Positions 1 through 9,913 of a stretch of DNA of 64,000 bases are shown here, one piece after another (the stretch's first letter is position 1; each line of letters begins with the position of its first letter). Source of the stretch: Candidatus Omnitrophota bacterium. Lineage in GTDB: Bacteria; Omnitrophota; Gorgyraeia; Zapsychrales; JANLHA01. Position numbers and translations under genes: made by a program. The stretch spans positions 8,764 to 72,763 of the forward strand of contig JAHFFT010000005.1 of assembly GCA_023247795.1 (NCBI GenBank). Direction: 5' to 3'. The notes under the pieces are model-generated. The model did no database searches. It saw only the letters and a program-made list of their open reading frames with translations, and was not told where the DNA came from.

Positions 1-1110
1 CGATCGACCCGTCGGGCAGGATCCCTTTTCCGTACATGACAAAACCGACCGGTTCCCGTGAATGTCGTCGTAATGCAATGGGTGTCGGGTGATCGGGAAC
101 GACCAAGATCCGCACCTCTTGCGATCGCTCAAAATGCTTGATGATCCTGCCCACAATTTCTCGATCAATATTTTCAATCGCCCGGATTTTTTCCTTGATA
201 TCGCCATTGTGCCCAGCCTCATCAGGGGCCTCGACGTGGATATAAACATAATCGCGGCTTTTCAGCGCCTTGATCGCGTATTCCGCTTTGGCTCGATAGT
301 CCGTATCATAGTATCCGGTGATCCCCGGTACATCAATGACTTTCAGTCCAATCAGTTTGCCGATGCCGTTGACCAGATCAACAGCGGAAATGATGGCACC
401 CTTAACACCAAATTTTTCTTCGAATCCAGGAAATTGTGGACGGATCCCCTGCCCCCATAACCAAATGCTGTTGGCTGGATTTTCTTTCAAGTCCAGACGG
501 ACCTGATTCACCTGATGATTCTCAAGGATAGTGCGGGCCTTTTCCATGATCTCAAGCAGTGGCTGGCTGGCCGGCCCTTTCGGTAAGTGCCTACTGACCA
601 GTTGCCCCAGGATATCATGAGCTGGAACCGATTTCATTTTCAAATAACTTTTCGGATCGCGCGTCGACAAAATCAACAAATGCCGATAACTCTTTCCCGT
701 CACAAACCGCCCACCCGCTAAATCCATTTGTTCATTGAGCGCTTTGATCAATTGGTCGGCTTGCTCTGTTGGGATATGCCCGGCGCTGTAATCGATCATT
801 TTGCCGTCAACAACGGTGATCAAATTGCAACGAAAGGCAACCTCGGAAGGGCCCAATTCAATATCATGATTGGCCGCCTCCAAAGGGGCCCTTCCGCTAA
901 AATATTTTTCCGGACGATAACCCAACAATGCCAAATTGCCGATGTCCGAACCTGGCTCAAACCTATCCGGAATGGTTTTGACCATTCCCGTTCGGCCGTT
1001 TTTCGCCAGATAATCCATATTTTTGGTGCGGGCTACCTCGAGCGGCGTTTTATTCCCCAATTCTGCCAATGGCCGATCAGCCATCCCATCAGGGACAATC
1101 ACAACATATT
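1..1110 (-). CDS. ApgM-family cofactor-independent phosphoglycerate mutase-like protein (proposed non-orthologous homoserine kinase). The 3' end is cut by the window edge.
   Basis: The reverse-strand translation from the ATG at 1110 reads MKYVVIVPDGMADRPLAELGNKTPLEVARTKNMDYLAKNGRTGMV...HVEAPDEAGHNGD...VVPDHPTP. These are metalloenzyme / ApgM-family motifs. The frame stays open to position 1. The gene sits immediately downstream of hom-thrC, after an intervening coaB. Confidence 0.6.
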
Positions 1111-1746
1111 TCATGCTCTCATCTCCAGAACTTGCAAAAGCTGCTGAACCATTTTTGTGCGGGACTTTGCTTTCGCTAAAACATTTTTGTTCTGATCAAC
1201 AATGATGCCCCGATAACCGTTGAGCAATTGATTGACCACCACATAATCACATTGTGCCTCGGATAAAAGGCCATTCAGCGACTGCGGTTGGCCTTGCGGC
1301 AATTGCGATTCCAACTTAAATCCAACCAAAAGACATTTTGGAAGGATTTTTTTAATTTCACAAATCAACTTTCTAGTCGGGACCAAGTTCAACTGTAAAA
1401 ACCTTTGTTCCGATGAAATTTTTGCCTTAAAAACCTTTCGCATCTGAAAATCAGAAACCGCTGCCGCATGAATCACCACGTCATAACGCTTTTTCTTCAA
1501 TTCATTTCGTAAAAGTTTGGCGAATTCGTCATAATAAAAAAAGGATTTGATCCGCGCCTTTTTCGTGCTCAACCGATTCTCAACCGGCCCTTCCAACGCC
1601 GTAACAACAGCCCCTTTGTTTAACAAAACCTCAACGAATTGCTGCCCTAACTGGCCGGAAGAACGATTGCTCAAAACCCGCATCCCGTCGATCGGCACCC
1701 AGGTGGGGCCATACGTCACTAAAAATTTTTTTCCCTTTAACTCCAC
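1111..1746 (-). CDS. coaB: Phosphopantothenate-cysteine ligase (CoaB domain protein)
   Basis: The 211-aa ORF contains the DFP/CoaB signature KFLVTYGPTWVPIDGMRVLSNRSSGQLG and later VVIHAAAVSDF. Confidence 0.65.
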   Translation of the reverse strand: MELKGKKFLVTYGPTWVPIDGMRVLSNRSSGQLGQQFVEVLLNKGAVVTALEGPVENRLSTKKARIKSFFYYDEFAKLLRNELKKKRYDVVIHAAAVSDFQMRKVFKAKISSEQRFLQLNLVPTRKLICEIKKILPKCLLVGFKLESQLPQGQPQSLNGLLSEAQCDYVVVNQLLNGYRGIIVDQNKNVLAKAKSRTKMVQQLLQVLEMRA

Positions 1747-1749
1747 GTT

Positions 1750-2805
1750 TCAAAATCCAATCGCTTTTAGGATGACGTCCATATCCGGCGGTAAACTCAC
1801 TGGCTTTTCAATGTTTTCGACTGCGATATGCGGATCTTTAAGTCCATGCCCCGTCAACGTACAAACAATCCGTCCACGTTTGTTCTGAAAATATCCTTGG
1901 GTATGAAGTTTTAAAATTCCAGCCACCGAAGCTGCCGAGGCCGGTTCCACAAAAACACCAGAATCCCCGGCAAGACGTTTATACGCCTCTAAAATTTCCT
2001 GATCTGTCACTTCATCAATCAATCCCTTTGATTCATCCCGTGCCTGCAGCGCCTTTTTCCAACTCGCTGGATTGCCGATCCGGATCGCTGTCGCGATCGT
2101 CTCCGGTTCTGACACAACCTTGCCGCGGACAATCGGGGCCGCGCCACTCGCTTGGAATCCAAGCATCTTCGGCAAGCGCTTTGCGCGTCCAGAATTATGA
2201 TATTCCTGATACCCTTGCCAATAAGCCGTGATGTTTCCAGCGTTACCGACGGGAATCGCGTGATACTCAGGAGCGTCCCCCAAACGATCACAGACCTCAA
2301 AACTGGCGGTCTTCTGGCCCTCAATGCGAAAAGGATTGATGGAGTTCACCAATTCAACGGGATATTTTTGCGTGATCGTTTTAACCAGCGTCAACGCGTC
2401 ATCAAAATTGCCCTTGATCGCGATCACCTTGGCCTGATGGATCAGGGCCTGCGCCAGTTTCCCTAAAGCGATGCTGCCTTCCGGAACAAGAACAATGCAT
2501 TTCAAAGCCCCACTCGCGGCAGCATAAGCCGCGGCCGAAGCCGAGGTATTTCCCGTCGAGGCACACATGACACACCGCGCCCCTTTCTCCAAGGCCTTTG
2601 AAATCGCCATGGTCATCCCTCGATCCTTAAAAGAACCCGTGGGATTCAAGCCTTCATATTTCAGATAGACCTCAAGACCGACCCGTTGACTTAAACTTTT
2701 GGACAAAAGCAACGGTGTATTTCCTTCTTGCAAAGTCACAATCGGTGTCTTATTGCTCACAGGCAGAAAATCTCGATAATGCTGTATGATTCCCGTCCAC
2801 ATCAT
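1750..2805 (-). CDS. thrC: Threonine synthase (short-form ThrC)
   Basis: The PLP motif SFKDRGMTMAISKALEKG is present, and the N-terminus MMWTGIIQHYRDFLPV matches short-form ThrC. The start was moved from the 2844 ORF start to the internal Met, which removes the overlap with hom. Confidence 0.85.
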   Translation of the reverse strand: MMWTGIIQHYRDFLPVSNKTPIVTLQEGNTPLLLSKSLSQRVGLEVYLKYEGLNPTGSFKDRGMTMAISKALEKGARCVMCASTGNTSASAAAYAAASGALKCIVLVPEGSIALGKLAQALIHQAKVIAIKGNFDDALTLVKTITQKYPVELVNSINPFRIEGQKTASFEVCDRLGDAPEYHAIPVGNAGNITAYWQGYQEYHNSGRAKRLPKMLGFQASGAAPIVRGKVVSEPETIATAIRIGNPASWKKALQARDESKGLIDEVTDQEILEAYKRLAGDSGVFVEPASAASVAGILKLHTQGYFQNKRGRIVCTLTGHGLKDPHIAVENIEKPVSLPPDMDVILKAIGF

Positions 2806-2818
2806 TTCTTCCTTGTGT

Positions 2819-4114
2819 TTATGGATTTTCCATGCGAATGGCAACCGGCTTGCTTTTGACCACCGGCAGTTTATGCAACTGTTCCAGCGCCAGCCGGACC
2901 TTTTTTTCCGGAGCCGGTTCCGTCAGCATAATGACCGGGACCGTTGAGGCGCGATTATGGGCCTTCTGTGTGAAGGAGTTGATGCCGATTTCATGTTGGC
3001 CCAAAATTCCGGTGATCTGCGATAAGACGCCCGGCTTATCGATCGCCATAATGCGGATATAAAACTTGGTCATAATATCGTCAATCATTCTCATCCGCAG
3101 ATCGGCCGTATCATGCGCTAAATTTGCTAAATTAGACCTGGCATCGCTGCCCTCATTGACGGCAATGTTCAACAAATCGCTGATCACACCCGAAGCTGCT
3201 GACATTTTGCCGGCCCCCTGCCCGGCCAAAAAGATATCCCCCAAAGGATCGGTCTCGACAAAGATCGCGTTGTCAACTCCATCGATGATCGCCAAGGGAT
3301 GATCTTTGGGAATCAACGTGGGATGCACCCGCGCCTCAATCTCTTGACCATGCTGTTTGGCAATAGCCAAAAGCTTAATGTTCAAACCCAAACTTTCGGC
3401 GTGCTCAATATCATCATGAGCGATATGCGCGATCCCTTCGGTATGGATGTCCTTCACCGAAATGAATTTTCCCATGGCGAGATTGACGAGGATGGCCAAC
3501 TTATAAGTCGCGTCCATGCCATTGATATCGAGCGTTGGGTCGCTTTCCGCGTAACCGTAATTTTTCGCATCAGCCAAGGCATGCTCGAAGGAATACCCTT
3601 TATCGGTCATCTCCGTCAGTATGTAATTGCAAGTCCCATTGATGATGCCGTACAAACCCTTAACGCGGTTTCCCACGATCCCTTCGGTTAACGTTCGGAT
3701 GATCGGAACCCCGGCCATGACCGAGGACTCATAATAAATATTCCGACCATTTTGATGGGCCTCCTCAAAAAGTTTTTGGCCAAGTGACGCAATCAACTCC
3801 TTATTGGCCGTGACCACATGCTTTTTCTTGCGCAACGCGTTCACGACGATCTCTTTCGCCGGGTTCACACCACCGATCAATTCGACAATGACATCGATCA
3901 TGGGATCTTTAACCAGCTCTTCCCATTGCGTCGTCAAAGAACATTTCTCAATGGTCTTATTGATTTTTTTGTCGATGCTGCGGTCACAGATCGATTTTAA
4001 GAAAAAATCAATGCCAAATCGATCTCTGATGAAGGAGCGCCGATCTTGAAGAAATTTGACCACACCGGAACCCACAGTTCCGAATCCAACAAGACCCAAA
4101 GTGATTTTTTTCAT
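2819..4114 (-). CDS. hom: Homoserine dehydrogenase with a C-terminal ACT domain
   Basis: The 431-aa protein has an N-terminal Rossmann motif LGLVGFGTVGSGV, a central homoserine dehydrogenase catalytic region, and an ACT-like C-terminus. Confidence 0.85.
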   Translation of the reverse strand: MKKITLGLVGFGTVGSGVVKFLQDRRSFIRDRFGIDFFLKSICDRSIDKKINKTIEKCSLTTQWEELVKDPMIDVIVELIGGVNPAKEIVVNALRKKKHVVTANKELIASLGQKLFEEAHQNGRNIYYESSVMAGVPIIRTLTEGIVGNRVKGLYGIINGTCNYILTEMTDKGYSFEHALADAKNYGYAESDPTLDINGMDATYKLAILVNLAMGKFISVKDIHTEGIAHIAHDDIEHAESLGLNIKLLAIAKQHGQEIEARVHPTLIPKDHPLAIIDGVDNAIFVETDPLGDIFLAGQGAGKMSAASGVISDLLNIAVNEGSDARSNLANLAHDTADLRMRMIDDIMTKFYIRIMAIDKPGVLSQITGILGQHEIGINSFTQKAHNRASTVPVIMLTEPAPEKKVRLALEQLHKLPVVKSKPVAIRMENP

Positions 4115-4119
4115 AAAGG

Positions 4120-4515
4120 TTACTCGATCTCTTTATTCACATAATGTTGGATGATTTTACTCAGAACAAACTCGGCCTGCGGCGATAGTTTGTAAAATTT
4201 GACCCGCGTTTCATAAATGATATTTTTAATCCGCTCAACGGATTCCAAAACCTCACCTTCAAAATGGGTCAATTCTAAAAAAAATGGCGTTTTGACTTCA
4301 ATCCCTAAGACGGTTCCTAATTTCATCTGGCGGTCAGTGATCAGTAGCATCCCCCCCAGAGAAATATTTTTAAGCTGCGACGCCGCGTAACGAACGTTAG
4401 GATCCAGCAGATCATAATACGTTAAGAGAAAATGTTTTGTAATCCGTGTTTCTTGTCGACGGTTCTTATTAGCCCGTCTATCTTGTCGATGCTTCAAATG
4501 ATCCTTTGGCCTCAT
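4120..4515 (-). CDS. PilZ domain protein (putative c-di-GMP receptor)
   Basis: The 131-aa protein carries an RxxxR motif (RQDRRANKNRR) and a D/NxSxGG motif (NISLGGMLL), both typical of PilZ. Confidence 0.5.
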   Translation of the reverse strand: MRPKDHLKHRQDRRANKNRRQETRITKHFLLTYYDLLDPNVRYAASQLKNISLGGMLLITDRQMKLGTVLGIEVKTPFFLELTHFEGEVLESVERIKNIIYETRVKFYKLSPQAEFVLSKIIQHYVNKEIE

Positions 4516-4571
4516 GCGCTTTTCCTCAATATCACAGATTTTCCAGCAACAGACTTTACTTCATTCAAATG

Positions 4572-4645
4572 TCGGAGCGGTGAGATTTGAACTCACGACC
4601 TCTTGAACCCCATTCAAGTGCGCTAGCCAGCTGCGCTACGCCCCG
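4572..4645 (-). tRNA. tRNA-Pro (anticodon GGG)
   Basis: The reverse complement folds as a cloverleaf, CGGGGCGTAGCGCAGCTGGCTAGCGCACTTGAATGGGGTTCAAGAGGTCGTGAGTTCAAATCTCACCGCTCCGA. The anticodon loop is AUGGGGU. Confidence 0.8.
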
Positions 4646-4792
4646 AACAAAGACACTTGAATTTTCATTGCCTAAAGACTAGATGAACACAGCGAGAAAC
4701 AAAAATCAAAATGTAAATTTGGCAAATATTATACTACAGAATCAACGACGCGCAAAGCAAATTGATAACAGGGATTATTTTCTAGTTCATGT

Positions 4793-4858
4793 TACAAGTC
4801 TTAGGTCTTAAGCAACTTACAACTTTAGTCCTGAATCTTGAGTCTTTAAACTTGGGGA
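4793..4858. repeat. GTCTCAAG-family intergenic repeat (degenerate copy)
   Basis: The sequence is caagtcttaggtcttaagcaacttacaactttagtcctgaatcttgagtctttaaacttgg. It is downstream of gpsA. Confidence 0.4.
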
Positions 4859-4860
4859 GG

Positions 4861-5856
4861 CTATTCGGATTTAAGTTCTCTGGACATCAGATCAAAAACA
4901 GCTTGCTTAGGGTTCTTTTTATGATAGATGATCTTATAGACCTCTTCGGTAATGGGCATGCTGATACGATATTTTCGGCTCAAACGTACCGCTGCTTTGC
5001 TGGTCACAACGCCTTCTGCCACCATGGCCATCCGCGAAAGGATTTGATCTATGCTTTTTCCTTTACCTAACTGCTCGCCCACATGACGATTCCGACTCTG
5101 CGAACTGACACAGGTCGTGACCAAATCCCCCAGACCGCTCAATCCAAAAAAGGTCTTTTCCTTGGCGCCCATCGCCACCCCTAGGCGCGCGATTTCCGCA
5201 AGTCCCCGGGTCAAAATGGCTGCCTTAGCGTTGGTGCCAAAACCCAATCCGTCGCAAACCCCGCAGGCAATGGCAATGATATTTTTTAAACTGCCCCCCA
5301 ACTCAACACCAACGACATCCGTATGCCGATAAATTCTAAAGCTGTCGGAATGCAAGACGCGCTGAAGCTGTTCTGCGAGTGGTCGTTTGGAAGCAGCAAT
5401 GACCGCGGTCGTAGGGATGGACTTCGCCACTTCCATGGCGATCGTCGGACCGGATAAAACCGCCAAAGGAATTTTCCCCAGATGTTTTTCAATGATTTCC
5501 GACGTGCGCAACAGTGAATGGGGATCGATGCCTTTGATCACACTCAATACCCATTTCCCTTTCAGAGGCCATTTTTTAATTTTCAGCAAGGCCCCTTCCA
5601 AATACTGTGATGGGGTCGCGAGAATGATCAAATCCGCTTTGTTGGTGGCCTCACCCATGTCAGTGGTCATCGTAACATTGGCCGGAATTCGAATTCCCGG
5701 CAGGAACTGATCGTTCAACCGACTCTTCTTCACTTTGTTAATCATCTCCGGAAAGGGTCCCCAAAGCTCAACCGCGTATTTCTTTTTCGCCAAATAGACC
5801 GCCAGAGTCGTCCCCCAGCTTCCGTCCCCGATAATGGATATTTGCGTGATTTTCAT
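4861..5856 (-). CDS. gpsA: NAD(P)H-dependent glycerol-3-phosphate dehydrogenase
   Basis: The protein starts MKITQISIIGDGSWGTTLAVYLA and shows GpsA homology throughout. The start was trimmed to the internal Met because the longer ORF (start 6090) overlaps the upstream GT2 gene. Confidence 0.85.
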   Translation of the reverse strand: MKITQISIIGDGSWGTTLAVYLAKKKYAVELWGPFPEMINKVKKSRLNDQFLPGIRIPANVTMTTDMGEATNKADLIILATPSQYLEGALLKIKKWPLKGKWVLSVIKGIDPHSLLRTSEIIEKHLGKIPLAVLSGPTIAMEVAKSIPTTAVIAASKRPLAEQLQRVLHSDSFRIYRHTDVVGVELGGSLKNIIAIACGVCDGLGFGTNAKAAILTRGLAEIARLGVAMGAKEKTFFGLSGLGDLVTTCVSSQSRNRHVGEQLGKGKSIDQILSRMAMVAEGVVTSKAAVRLSRKYRISMPITEEVYKIIYHKKNPKQAVFDLMSRELKSE

Positions 5857-5884
5857 TTTCAACGAATAGAATTTTTTTTCATTT

Positions 5885-6583
5885 CTAAATAAAAATTTCG
5901 CGAAAGACCTCAAACATATACGCGGCACCCCAGCGTAACACTTGCAGCTTACGCACTCCGCCTTCACGTTTCGGTTCATCGCCGGGCACATCCGCCACTC
6001 TGAACTTATACTTAGCACAGCGAATGGAAAGCAAGGGTTCCCAACTGACCACAGTTTGAAATAATTTTTCTTCAAATGCGTAGCTGCCATCCTTGTCCAG
6101 ATTAAGCCGCGAAATCAAATCCTTTTTATAGGCGCGATAAATCACCATCGCGTCGGTGTAATGACCGCCATGGAATAAATTGATCAGTGTTGTAAACAAG
6201 CTGTTCCCGAACGCGGTTATGATATCATCATCATAGCTCCTGGCCCCTTCTGCGTATCGTGAAACAATGACCATATCATAGCCCTCTTTCATTTTTCGAA
6301 TGCACTCCGGAATGATCTCCGGAATGGAATTCCCGTCGGGACTGAAGGTCAAAATGACATCCCCTTCAATAAAGGGAAGGGCCTCCATGTAGGCATGACG
6401 CATCCCCTTCTTTTTTTGGATGACCAGCGGCCAGCCTTTTTCCCGAACAAACTCGATCGTGCCATCGGTTGATTGTCCATCAACAACCAAAAGTTGATCA
6501 ACCCATTCGGGTTTGACCCGCGGCATGATCGACTTCATCCCTTCAATTTCATTAAGAGTCGGAATAAGAAGAGTGACTTTCAT
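5885..6583 (-). CDS. Family-2 glycosyltransferase, dolichol/polyprenol-phosphate hexose synthase-like (Dpm1/AglJ-like)
   Basis: The 232-aa soluble GT2 reads MKVTLLIPTLNEIEG...VVDGQSTDGT...SPDGNS, which gives it a GT-A DxD-type architecture. Confidence 0.55.
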   Translation of the reverse strand: MKVTLLIPTLNEIEGMKSIMPRVKPEWVDQLLVVDGQSTDGTIEFVREKGWPLVIQKKKGMRHAYMEALPFIEGDVILTFSPDGNSIPEIIPECIRKMKEGYDMVIVSRYAEGARSYDDDIITAFGNSLFTTLINLFHGGHYTDAMVIYRAYKKDLISRLNLDKDGSYAFEEKLFQTVVSWEPLLSIRCAKYKFRVADVPGDEPKREGGVRKLQVLRWGAAYMFEVFREIFI

Positions 6584-6674
6584 GGTCGAAAAAATTTTTT
6601 GTTATACCTGGCAGCCATTTTAGGTATACACATATTTCTCGTTTTAACACCGCACGCCGTTTATGATCAGTGAT

Positions 6675-6748
6675 TGGAGCGGGAGAAGGGAATCGAACCC
6701 TCGCTACCAGCTTGGAAGGCTGGAGTTCTACCACTGAACTACTCCCGC
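6675..6748 (-). tRNA. tRNA-Gly (anticodon TCC), with encoded CCA
   Basis: The reverse complement is GCGGGAGTAGTTCAGTGGTAGAACTCCAGCCTTCCAAGCTGGTAGCGAGGGTTCGATTCCCTTCTCCCGCTCCA. Confidence 0.8.
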
Positions 6749-6758
6749 TTTAAAAATG

Positions 6759-6841
6759 TGGGCAGGGAAGGATTCGAACCTCCGAAGGGCGAACCCAACA
6801 GATTTACAGTCTGTCCTCGTTGACCACTTGAGTACCTGCCC
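6759..6841 (-). tRNA. tRNA-Tyr (anticodon GTA), with a long variable arm
   Basis: The reverse complement is GGGCAGGTACTCAAGTGGTCAACGAGGACAGACTGTAAATCTGTTGGGTTCGCCCTTCGGAGGTTCGAATCCTCCCCTGCCCA. Confidence 0.8.
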
Positions 6842-6857
6842 AGAAATTTTGGATATT

Positions 6858-6885
6858 CAAAGCTGGCGAGAGGTTTCGAACCCCC
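6858..6885 (-). repeat. 28-bp perfect direct repeat of the tRNA-Thr 3' end (T-arm, acceptor 3' strand and 3 flanking nucleotides). A second copy lies at 7042..7069.
   Basis: CAAAGCTGGCGAGAGGTTTCGAACCCCC occurs identically at 6858-6885 and 7042-7069. The copy at 6858 has no tRNA 5' half upstream of it. Confidence 0.7.
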
Positions 6886-7044
6886 TCCCGTCGCTCTCCC
6901 GCTTTCGCGGGGTCGCTCCCCATAGGGGCTTCGCCCCTCTGGCGCTCGTTTCACTCGCTGTCACCCCTACTGCGTGGGGAAATCTTTTCCCCACACCCCT
7001 TTAGGTCGGTGGTTCTCACTCTTTATTTCAAACCCAAAATCCAA

Positions 7045-7117
<73 letters not shown>

Positions 7118-7371
7118 TTAATTTTCACTGATACTCAAATCCAACCTACAAATGGCGAATAATTTTAACCGGTCACAGCGTCTAAACATTCTACATTAAA
7201 GACGAGGCTGTATTATACCCCACAAGATAATTTTGTAAAATATTATTCTTTCGTAATTGAATCAAAAATTTTAGTTACCATCAGTTTTGCTTGAATCTCA
7301 AATTCAATGCATTTATAATCAACGGATCATCAAATGAGAACAGCATTTAAAAACCCAGGAATTCCTTTTTT

Positions 7372-9873
7372 GTGATCAGGCAAAAAAATATCGCAGCAAA
7401 CATCATTATTGGACTTCTTGCTGTCAGCATAGCCCTCTGGTTTAGACTTTACCCAATTTTTGTTCACCCCTCTTTCGACGCCGAAGAAAAAGCAACCGTT
7501 CAGGTCATCAGCCGCGTAAGGGAAATTATCGCAAAAAACCTGTCAACAGCTGACCCCGCGCTGATCAATCAAGTGTTCAATCAAGTCCTTAAATCCGATA
7601 ATCAAAAATTCCGCGACTCAATCCAGACGCTCTCACGTCAAATCGATGAAAACGAGCACCAACCATCCAGAGGACTCTTGTCGAAACGACATCTTTTGGA
7701 TCCGGATTCCTACTATTTTTATGGCTTAAGTAAAAAACTTCTCACGCAGGGTAAAATCGCCGACCACTGGAAGGGCAGTAAATATCTCAATGACGCCATG
7801 CTTGCCCCCTTAGGCCATTGGAACCCAGTGACTTTGCATCCCTACATTGGCAACTGGATTTATTCTGTCCTAAAAAAATTCATACCCGATATTACCTTAA
7901 TGAACGCCGTCAGCTGCACGCCATTGCTGATCACCTTCCTCGTCATTTTTCCTCTGCTGGGTTTATATCGGATGATCGGCTTGAGTTCTGTCTCATCGCT
8001 GATTGGGGCGATTTACTTTCTACTCTCTCCCATCTATCTCAGAAGAAGCATGTACGGCTGGTACGACAACGATTGCTATAATATTTTTTTCCCGGTCCTC
8101 ATCCTGTATTTTTTCTTCTGTGTCTTAAAAAACAAAAGAAATAAAACCCAAATTCTTGCGGCCGCGGCCTGCTGTGTTTCTTTGATCCTTTACACTTACT
8201 TTTGGCAAGGATGGGTTTATCTCTTCAGCGTTGTCACCTTGTCGAGTTTGCTCATTTTCATCCTATGCCTTCTCTTCTATCAGCGGCACCTGCTAAAAAA
8301 CTCCTGGCGATTGCTGTTAGGCATTTTCTGTAGTTTCCTTGCCGCCTACATTGCCCTTTTTGGATTTATGGATTTCATTTCGCTCTTTGAAGAGGGGTGG
8401 GACGCCATCACAAAATTCCTTAACCCGCAATTGGGCTTATGGCCCAATATCTTTATCAGCGTCGGAGAACTGAACAAAACGACCTTGCCTCTGCTGCTGG
8501 AACTGCTCGGGGGGCCTGTTTTTCTACTTTTATCCGTCTGGGGATTTATCGTACTCACGACTCGAGCGATTAAGTCCAAAGACCCCGTCAAACAAGCCCA
8601 AGGAATCACCCTTTCCATTTTATTGTCGTCCTCGCTGGTCTTGGCGCTGAAGGCGCAGCGTTTCAATTTATTGCTCCTGGTCCCGCTGGGCTTAGTTTTT
8701 CCAGTGGGGGTTGAACACCTCCTTACTCTGCTCGCTAAACCCATCCGTTTATTTCAGCAGCCGGCGGCAAGAAAAGAAATCACCATTCACTGCGCGACGT
8801 GCTTATGTGCCATCGTCTTGATTGCTTTTCCTCTTCACACCGCGCATCAATTGGCGCAAATCATCCGCTCCATCTTCAATGACGCCTGGGAATCGGTCTT
8901 ACTCAAAATCAAAGATGAAACCCCTAAGGGCAGCATTATCGACACCTGGTGGCCGCCGGGGCATTTCATCACCTCGATCGCGGAAAGGCGCGTCACCTTC
9001 GATGGAGCAACCATCAACGTCCCCCAGGCTTACTGGATGGCGAATGTCTTTTTGAGTCCCGACGAAGAACATGCCCTGGGCATCCTACGGATGCTCAATG
9101 ACAGCGCTAATCAGGCGTCGGAATATCTTATCAGCCTAGGCATGGAACTGTCCACGGCCGTTGATTTGTTAAAAACAATTACAGTTATCCCTCAGAATCA
9201 GGCAAAGGAATTCCTTCACGCCCATTTGACCAATGAACAAACTGAGCACCTTTTGGGTTTGACGCACTCCGCTCCACCACCTAGCTATCTGTTTGTTTAC
9301 AACGATCTTGTTGAAAAAAACATCTTATTGTCCTTTACGGCAAGGTGGAGCATTTCCGATATTGAAAAAATCAATCGCAACAAAATACTGTTAAAAGAAA
9401 TCTTAAATCAAAAACTACCTGACTACGTCAACACCCTCTGGGAGATGCAGGGCGGACAGACCCGTTTCAGCGAAATCCTTACTCAAAAACAAAAATTGGG
9501 AGATATGATTGTTTTTGATCAAGGGGTCTCGATCAATCTTAATAATTTGGAATGTCGAATCGCGTCCTCCACGTTCGGAAAAGGAACTCCGGTGAGTTTG
9601 GTGTATCTTAACAATGGGATCATCACCGAGCATCTCTACGACGACCACAACCTCACCTATTCGGTGATTCTTTTTCAAGAACCGGAAGGTTATCAATGCA
9701 TCTTAGCCGATCCCATCCTTGCCCGTTCCTTGCTGATCAAATTGTATTATTTTGATGGGGCGGGACTCAAAGCATTCAAACTTTTTGCTAAACAGAGTGA
9801 CTTGACTGGCCGCACACAGATTTTCGTCTATCAAGTGGATTGGACGAATTTCCTAAAGACAAATTCCAATTAA
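7372..9873 (+). CDS. Polytopic membrane protein with STT3/AglB/PglB-like oligosaccharyltransferase features (putative OST)
   Basis: The 833-aa protein has about 13 predicted N-terminal transmembrane helices and a soluble C-terminal domain. The first external loop has LLDPDSYYFYG (compare the STT3 DP-x-F-N-YR / DxD loop). A loop between transmembrane helices has SVGE (compare TIxE/SVSE). WWPPGHFI lies about 35 aa after the last helix (compare WWDYG-H/Y-x-I). Confidence 0.45.
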   Translation: MIRQKNIAANIIIGLLAVSIALWFRLYPIFVHPSFDAEEKATVQVISRVREIIAKNLSTADPALINQVFNQVLKSDNQKFRDSIQTLSRQIDENEHQPSRGLLSKRHLLDPDSYYFYGLSKKLLTQGKIADHWKGSKYLNDAMLAPLGHWNPVTLHPYIGNWIYSVLKKFIPDITLMNAVSCTPLLITFLVIFPLLGLYRMIGLSSVSSLIGAIYFLLSPIYLRRSMYGWYDNDCYNIFFPVLILYFFFCVLKNKRNKTQILAAAACCVSLILYTYFWQGWVYLFSVVTLSSLLIFILCLLFYQRHLLKNSWRLLLGIFCSFLAAYIALFGFMDFISLFEEGWDAITKFLNPQLGLWPNIFISVGELNKTTLPLLLELLGGPVFLLLSVWGFIVLTTRAIKSKDPVKQAQGITLSILLSSSLVLALKAQRFNLLLLVPLGLVFPVGVEHLLTLLAKPIRLFQQPAARKEITIHCATCLCAIVLIAFPLHTAHQLAQIIRSIFNDAWESVLLKIKDETPKGSIIDTWWPPGHFITSIAERRVTFDGATINVPQAYWMANVFLSPDEEHALGILRMLNDSANQASEYLISLGMELSTAVDLLKTITVIPQNQAKEFLHAHLTNEQTEHLLGLTHSAPPPSYLFVYNDLVEKNILLSFTARWSISDIEKINRNKILLKEILNQKLPDYVNTLWEMQGGQTRFSEILTQKQKLGDMIVFDQGVSINLNNLECRIASSTFGKGTPVSLVYLNNGIITEHLYDDHNLTYSVILFQEPEGYQCILADPILARSLLIKLYYFDGAGLKAFKLFAKQSDLTGRTQIFVYQVDWTNFLKTNSN

Positions 9874-9913
9874 GATGATGGCCTCACTGTCAATAGCTAC
9901 AAAAAAACATATG

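Noticed and set aside
89-1147. Plus-strand ORFs 89..460 and 728..1147 at the window start
   Set aside because: They lie antisense to a long, clearly conserved ApgM-family reading frame on the minus strand, and their translations have no recognisable motifs. They are spurious antisense ORFs.
6858-7020. Possible tmRNA, or a second intron-containing tRNA, accounting for the isolated tRNA-like 3' fragment
   Set aside because: No tRNA 5' half (acceptor GCTGGCG or a D-arm) is present within 160 nt upstream. No tmRNA-like 5' GGGG...pairing partner or resume-codon region is present either. The intact tRNA-Thr lies in the position where a tmRNA body would be. An integration or duplication scar is the simpler explanation.
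7818-9055. Nested ORFs inside the STT3-like gene (7818..8081 +, 8346..8744 -, 8822..9055 +)
   Set aside because: They are embedded in, or antisense to, a continuous 833-aa membrane-protein frame and have low-complexity translations. They are spurious.
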